From: Deltaproteobacteria bacterium
GTDB lineage: Bacteria > Myxococcota > Kuafuiibacteriia > Kuafuiibacteriales > Kuafuiibacteriaceae
DNA length: 64,000 nt
Direction: 5' to 3'
Assembly (NCBI GenBank): GCA_040218735.1
Contig: JAVJQW010000048.1
Span: forward strand, 32,001-96,000
A model generated the notes under the pieces. That model was given only the letters and a program-made list of their open reading frames with translations. It ran no database searches and had not been told where the DNA came from. Shown in pieces: positions 58,531-64,000 of the stretch (the first letter of the stretch is position 1; each line of letters opens with the position of its first letter). The position numbers were made by a program, and so were the translations under genes.

Positions 58531-61170
58531 TCACGGTCGCGGCAAGCGTGCTTCGAGCTCGCGCGCGACACGACCGACCCGCGGGTGATTCAACACCGGC
58601 GCGAGCGTTGCGCGCGCGCGCTCGAACTCGTTCGCGCGGGCGAGGGCGAGCGCGAGGTTGACGCTCACCCGCCCGAGCCCGGGGGCGTGGGAGAGCGCGC
58701 GTTCGTACAGCGCCATGGCGTCGCCGCTTCGTTTCTCTGCGATCCGGAGGATCGCCTGTTCGTAGCGGTAGGACAGGAGCGCGTCGCCGGGGACCTTCGC
58801 GAGGCCGGCTTCGAGCGGGGCGAGCGCTTCGCTCGGTGAGACCGTCGAGGCCGCGAGCGCAGCGGTGCGAATCGCGAGCGCGGCGTCGGCGACGGTGCTC
58901 GATCCGGTCACGTAGGCGGCGGGCGGCTCGAGGGCGGAGGTGAGCGAGCCGAGGATCGTGCCGTACGCGACGACGCCGACGTCCCGCGCGGCGGAGAACT
59001 CGAGGAACGGGTGGTCGTCGACGAGGAGCGGCGCTCCTTCGGTCCAGCGCGCGAGGCCGCGGGGGCCGGCGAGGAAGAGCGACAACAGGTCGCGGGTGTC
59101 GGCGAGGTGGTTCTTCGCGAGGTCGGGCGCGATGCCCCGGCTTCGGATGCGGGAACGCAGCGCGTCGGGGTCGATCGCGAAGGGGGCCTCGCCGAGGACG
59201 AGGATGCCGTCGTTGGTGTCCAACCAGAGCGAGGCCTCCGGGAACACTTCGAGGCCGGCGCGCACCATCGCGCGGGTCTGACGGACGTCCTGCCCGTAGA
59301 ACGGGATCCACTGCGCCACGACGCCGCCCGGCGCGAGCGCGCGGCGCGCGTCTTCGTAGAACTCGACGCTGTAGAGGTTCGAGGTGCCGGCGGACCACGC
59401 CTGGAGTGGTTCGAGCACGATGAGGTCGAAGCGTTCGTCGGTGGTGCGGAGGTACGCGCGCCCGTCGTCGGTGTGGACGTGGACGCGCGGGTCGTCGAAC
59501 AGGCCGCGGTTCGCTTGGGCGAACCAGCGCTTCGAGAGGCGGATGACGCCGGGGTCGATCTCGATGCAGTGCATCGCGTCGAAGTCGTGTGAAAGCGCCG
59601 CGGCGAACGTCTGGCCGGTGCCGAGCGCGATGCCCGCCGCTGTGCGGGGCTGTTCGACGAACAGCGCCGGGACGTGCCCGAGCGAGCGGTGGCCGCCGCC
59701 GGTGCCGGCCACCCACGCCGAGTTGATCCAGATGCGGCGCCGCCCCTCGGCGTTCTCGGTCACCATCACGTCGCTGTGGGTGCCCTCGTCGAACTCGAGG
59801 ATCTCGGTGTCGGGCGGAACGCGGAGCGCGTAGATGTCGCGCGGCACGTCTTGCCCGAGGTAGAGCGCGCCCGCGGTGAGTGTCGCGAGCGCGACGACGA
59901 CGATCACCGGGCGACGATCCTCGAGCCTGAACGCGAGCGCGAACGCGGTGACGAGCGCGACGAGCTCGGTGACGGCCAGCGCCGCGCCCGTGCCGATCGC
60001 GGGCAGGAGGACGAAGCCGGCCACGAGGCTCCCGGCGATGCTCCCGAACGCGTTGGCGGCGTAGAGTCGACCGAACGTGTCGGCGCCCGACGCCGACTTC
60101 GCGGCGGCGACGAGCAACGGCAGGCACGCGGCGGTGCACGCGGCGGCCGGCACGACGAGCGCGAACAGGAACGCGAGGCCCCCCGCCGAGAGCCCGCGCG
60201 CGAGGACGTTCTCGAACATTCGATCCGCGGCGACGAACCGCACGATCTCGGGGCCGACCGCGGTCGCGACCGCTCCGATCGCCAGCGCGATCGCGGCCGC
60301 GCGCGTCGCGACGGACTCGACGGCCTCCTCCGCAGTGCGGCCGAGGAGGACCGCGCTCCCGAGCGCGCCGAGCACGACGCCGAGGAGCACCGCGGCGATG
60401 ACCTGGCTGTACGCGTAGACGGTGGTGAGGACGACGAGCGAGACGAGGCGGGTCCAGAGTGTCTCCGCCGAGAAACCGACGAACCCGCCCGCGGCCGCGG
60501 CGGCGAGGAGCACCGCGCTGGTGCGGTGGTCGATCGCTTCGCCCATCGTCGAGGCGCGCGCAGGACCGCGGCCCAGCGCGACCGCGATGCCCGCCGCGAC
60601 GAGCGCGCAGACGACGCCGAGGCGGACGGTCGACGACAACCCGTAGGCTTCGATGGTGACGAACCCCGCGACGAGGGTCCCGCCGGCGGCGCCGAGGGTG
60701 TTGACGCCGTACAGGATGCTGATGGTTCGACCGGCGTTGGCGCCCTCGCGCGCGACGAGGTGTTCGACGAGGAACGGGAGCGAGGCTCCCATGAAGACGC
60801 AGGGCACGAGCAGGAACAGCGACAGGGCGGCGAGCTGTCCGTAGAGCGCGACGCCGGCGCCGAGGTTCGCGACGGTGAGGGCGTCGCGGACGCCGTCCGA
60901 CGCGTCGAGGATCGGGAGTGATGCGATCGCGAACAGCGCGGCGACGAGCTCGACCTTCGCATACGCGATGAGCGGTCGCGGGGACCGTGCGGCGCGTCGA
61001 CCGGCGAGGTAGGCGCCGAGCCCGAGCCCGGCCATGAACACGGCGAGGACGAGCGCTTGGGCGCTCGCGGTCGCGCTGGTGACGGAGACGATGCGCCGCG
61101 TCCACGCGACCTGGTAGGCGAGGCTGGCGGCGCCCGAGAGGATCGCGGCGAGGAAGAGAGCCGGGCGCAT
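58531..61170 (-). CDS. Fused MFS-like membrane domain / spermidine synthase-like SAM-dependent domain with C-terminal TPR
   Basis: SGAASLAYQVAWTR, LYGVNTLG, LYAANAFG, IALGTG, IEIDP, DDGRAYL, FDLIVLEP and LYSVEFY. Confidence 0.85.
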   Translation of the reverse strand: MRPALFLAAILSGAASLAYQVAWTRRIVSVTSATASAQALVLAVFMAGLGLGAYLAGRRAARSPRPLIAYAKVELVAALFAIASLPILDASDGVRDALTVANLGAGVALYGQLAALSLFLLVPCVFMGASLPFLVEHLVAREGANAGRTISILYGVNTLGAAGGTLVAGFVTIEAYGLSSTVRLGVVCALVAAGIAVALGRGPARASTMGEAIDHRTSAVLLAAAAAGGFVGFSAETLWTRLVSLVVLTTVYAYSQVIAAVLLGVVLGALGSAVLLGRTAEEAVESVATRAAAIALAIGAVATAVGPEIVRFVAADRMFENVLARGLSAGGLAFLFALVVPAAACTAACLPLLVAAAKSASGADTFGRLYAANAFGSIAGSLVAGFVLLPAIGTGAALAVTELVALVTAFALAFRLEDRRPVIVVVALATLTAGALYLGQDVPRDIYALRVPPDTEILEFDEGTHSDVMVTENAEGRRRIWINSAWVAGTGGGHRSLGHVPALFVEQPRTAAGIALGTGQTFAAALSHDFDAMHCIEIDPGVIRLSKRWFAQANRGLFDDPRVHVHTDDGRAYLRTTDERFDLIVLEPLQAWSAGTSNLYSVEFYEDARRALAPGGVVAQWIPFYGQDVRQTRAMVRAGLEVFPEASLWLDTNDGILVLGEAPFAIDPDALRSRIRSRGIAPDLAKNHLADTRDLLSLFLAGPRGLARWTEGAPLLVDDHPFLEFSAARDVGVVAYGTILGSLTSALEPPAAYVTGSSTVADAALAIRTAALAASTVSPSEALAPLEAGLAKVPGDALLSYRYEQAILRIAEKRSGDAMALYERALSHAPGLGRVSVNLALALARANEFERARATLAPVLNHPRVGRVARELEARLPRP

Positions 61171-61192
61171 GTGCGCGTCGCCCGGGGCGAGC

Positions 61193-61588
61193 TCAGCCTT
61201 CTTCTTCGGCGAGGAAGGCTTCGTAGTCGGCCTTCGACATCAGCGCTTCGAGCTCGCTGGCGTCCGACAGCTTCACCCGGATCATCCAGCCGTCGCCGTA
61301 CATGTCCTCGTTGAGGCCTTCCGGCTTCTCCATGATGTCGTCGTTGCGTTCGACGACCTCGCCGGTGATGGGCGAGTAGAGATCGGAGACGGCCTTCACG
61401 CTCTCGACGACGCCGAACGCCTCACCGGCCGTGACCTTTTCACCGGCCTGCGGGAGCTCGCAGAAGACGATGTCCCCGAGGGCGTCCTGGGCGTGCCAGG
61501 TGATGCCGATCGTGGCGACGCCGTCCTTCACGGTGCACCACTCGTGCTCCTTGGTGTACTGCAGATCTTCGGGGAAGTGCTTGTCCAT
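61193..61588 (-). CDS. gcvH: Glycine cleavage system H protein
   Basis: YTKEHEW, AQDALGDIV and VESVKAVSD (lipoyl Lys). ATG 61588. Confidence 0.96.
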   Translation of the reverse strand: MDKHFPEDLQYTKEHEWCTVKDGVATIGITWHAQDALGDIVFCELPQAGEKVTAGEAFGVVESVKAVSDLYSPITGEVVERNDDIMEKPEGLNEDMYGDGWMIRVKLSDASELEALMSKADYEAFLAEEEG

Positions 61589-61632
61589 GAGGCGCCGCGA
61601 TAAGTCGCGCCTCGGACCGCTGCGGGTCAAGT

Positions 61633-62727
<1,095 letters not shown>

Positions 62728-62731
62728 GGGT

Positions 62732-63598
62732 TCAGGACCTCCTTCGCGTCGCCGCGATCAGGGTGTTGTCGAGCAAGTAGGCGATGGTCATCGGGCCGAC
62801 GCCGCGCGGCACCGGCGTGATGGCGCGCGCGCGCTCGCGCGCCGGTGCGAACGCGACGTCACCGACGAGCTTGCCGGCGTCGTTGCGGTTGATGCCGACG
62901 TCGATCACCGTCGCGCCGAACTTCACGAACGTGCCCTTCACGAAGTTGGCGCGGCCGATCGCCGCGACGAGGATGTCGGCCTTCGCCGCGATCGCCGGGA
63001 GGTCGCGCGTGCGCGAGTGGCAGACGGTGACCGTCGCGTTGCGGTTGGTGAGGAGGTCGGCGACGGGGCGGCCCACGAGGCGCGAGCGACCGAGGACCAC
63101 GGCGTTGGCGCCTTCGAGGTTTGCGCCGGACGCTTCGAGCAGTCGGATGCAGCCGCGCGGCGTGCAGGGGATGAGCGCGTCCGACTCGTCACCGCGCGAG
63201 AGGCGACCGGCGTTGTTCGGATGCAGGCCGTCGACGTCCTTCGTCGGATCGATCGCGCGAATGACGGCCTCGGTGTCGTGATGTTTCGGCAGCGGGAGCT
63301 GCACGAGGATGCCGTCGACGTCGGGGTCGGCGTTGAGCTTTTCGACGAGCGCGAGGAGGTCCTCGGCGGAGGTGTCGGCGGGGAGGGTGTGCTGCGTGTT
63401 CCGAATGCCCACCTCGTCCGCAGCTTTCCCCTTGTTGCGCACGTACACCGCGCTCGCGGGATCGTCGCTCGCGAGCACCACGACGAGGTGGGGCGTGGTG
63501 CCGATCTTCGCTTTGAGGGCGTCGACCTTCGTCTTGACCTCGGCGCGGACCTGTTTGGAGATCGCGCGGCCGTCGATGATGTCGCCGAGCTTTGCCAT
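62732..63598 (-). CDS. folD: Bifunctional methylenetetrahydrofolate dehydrogenase/cyclohydrolase
   Basis: YVRNK, GILVQLPLP, KDVDGLHP, PCTP, GRSRLVGRP and TPVPRGVGPMT. Confidence 0.96.
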   Translation of the reverse strand: MAKLGDIIDGRAISKQVRAEVKTKVDALKAKIGTTPHLVVVLASDDPASAVYVRNKGKAADEVGIRNTQHTLPADTSAEDLLALVEKLNADPDVDGILVQLPLPKHHDTEAVIRAIDPTKDVDGLHPNNAGRLSRGDESDALIPCTPRGCIRLLEASGANLEGANAVVLGRSRLVGRPVADLLTNRNATVTVCHSRTRDLPAIAAKADILVAAIGRANFVKGTFVKFGATVIDVGINRNDAGKLVGDVAFAPARERARAITPVPRGVGPMTIAYLLDNTLIAATRRRS

Positions 63599-63667
63599 GG
63601 GCCCGCGTCATGGCGCGGGGCGGGGCGAGGGTCAACCGGAGGCCGCACCGCGTGGTAGATTCGCGCC

Positions 63668-64000
63668 ATGCGTGCCGTCGTCGTCGCCCAGAGCCTCTTG
63701 TTGATCGCGGGGTGCGCCGTCGACACCGGGGTCGACGAGTTCGAGATCGCCATGGTCGACCACACGACCTGCGAGGGCGCCTTCGAGGTCGCGCTGGAAC
63801 GCGACCGTAAACAACGCGTGTGGACCGACTCCGCGGGCGCCGAAGCATCGCAGCGGTACTGCCCGGACGGGATGGCCGCGGCGTTCTTGTACACGCCGCG
63901 CGTCAGCGGGCAGATCGCGTACACGAACTACCGGCCCACGTATTACTACGTGGATGACTGCTCCGGAGAGCCGGTGCAGCTCGTGCACATCCAGACGGGG
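63668..64000 (+). CDS. Putative lipoprotein, 3'-truncated by window edge
   Basis: MRAVVVAQSLLLIAGC lipobox. TAGATT 6 nt upstream of the ATG; frame open to the window end. Confidence 0.6.
   Translation, partial: MRAVVVAQSLLLIAGCAVDTGVDEFEIAMVDHTTCEGAFEVALERDRKQRVWTDSAGAEASQRYCPDGMAAAFLYTPRVSGQIAYTNYRPTYYYVDDCSGEPVQLVHIQTG

Overview
High-GC bacterial DNA, most consistent with a Myxococcota (myxobacterial) genome, inferred from the mxc genes, the many lipoproteins and the giant zinc metalloprotease. About 48 CDS; no rRNA, tRNA, CRISPR or transposase/integrase was seen. The centre (about 15.0-41.6 kb) is a myxochelin-type catecholate siderophore and iron-uptake locus. One operon runs mxcL, SIP, DHB-AMP ligase, ArCP::isochorismate synthase fusion, stand-alone isochorismatase, DHB dehydrogenase, class II DAHP synthase, mxcI and a diheme cytochrome. 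Divergent from it are the NRPS mxcG (C-A-PCP-R), a Cys-rich lipoprotein and a GNAT, followed by a local fur, a TonB receptor, a PepSY protein and a TetR-controlled RND pump. A shared 17-bp palindromic operator lies in both divergent iron promoter regions. The flanks carry housekeeping genes (pcnB, speA, 7TM-HD/ybeY, orphan nuoD, pyrC, dmeF, orphan rplC with rlmE, folD-gcvT-gcvH) and two tandem Ig/beta-propeller lipoproteins. Notable oddities: (1) a two-gene AbiEii-like nucleotidyltransferase module whose first gene carries three in-frame copies of an 81-bp palindromic element; (2) a related 225-bp structured intergenic element; (3) an unannotated 36-aa basic ORF; (4) a CTG start for rlmE; (5) many apparently leaderless genes. 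All family calls come from motif recognition by eye, not from database searches.
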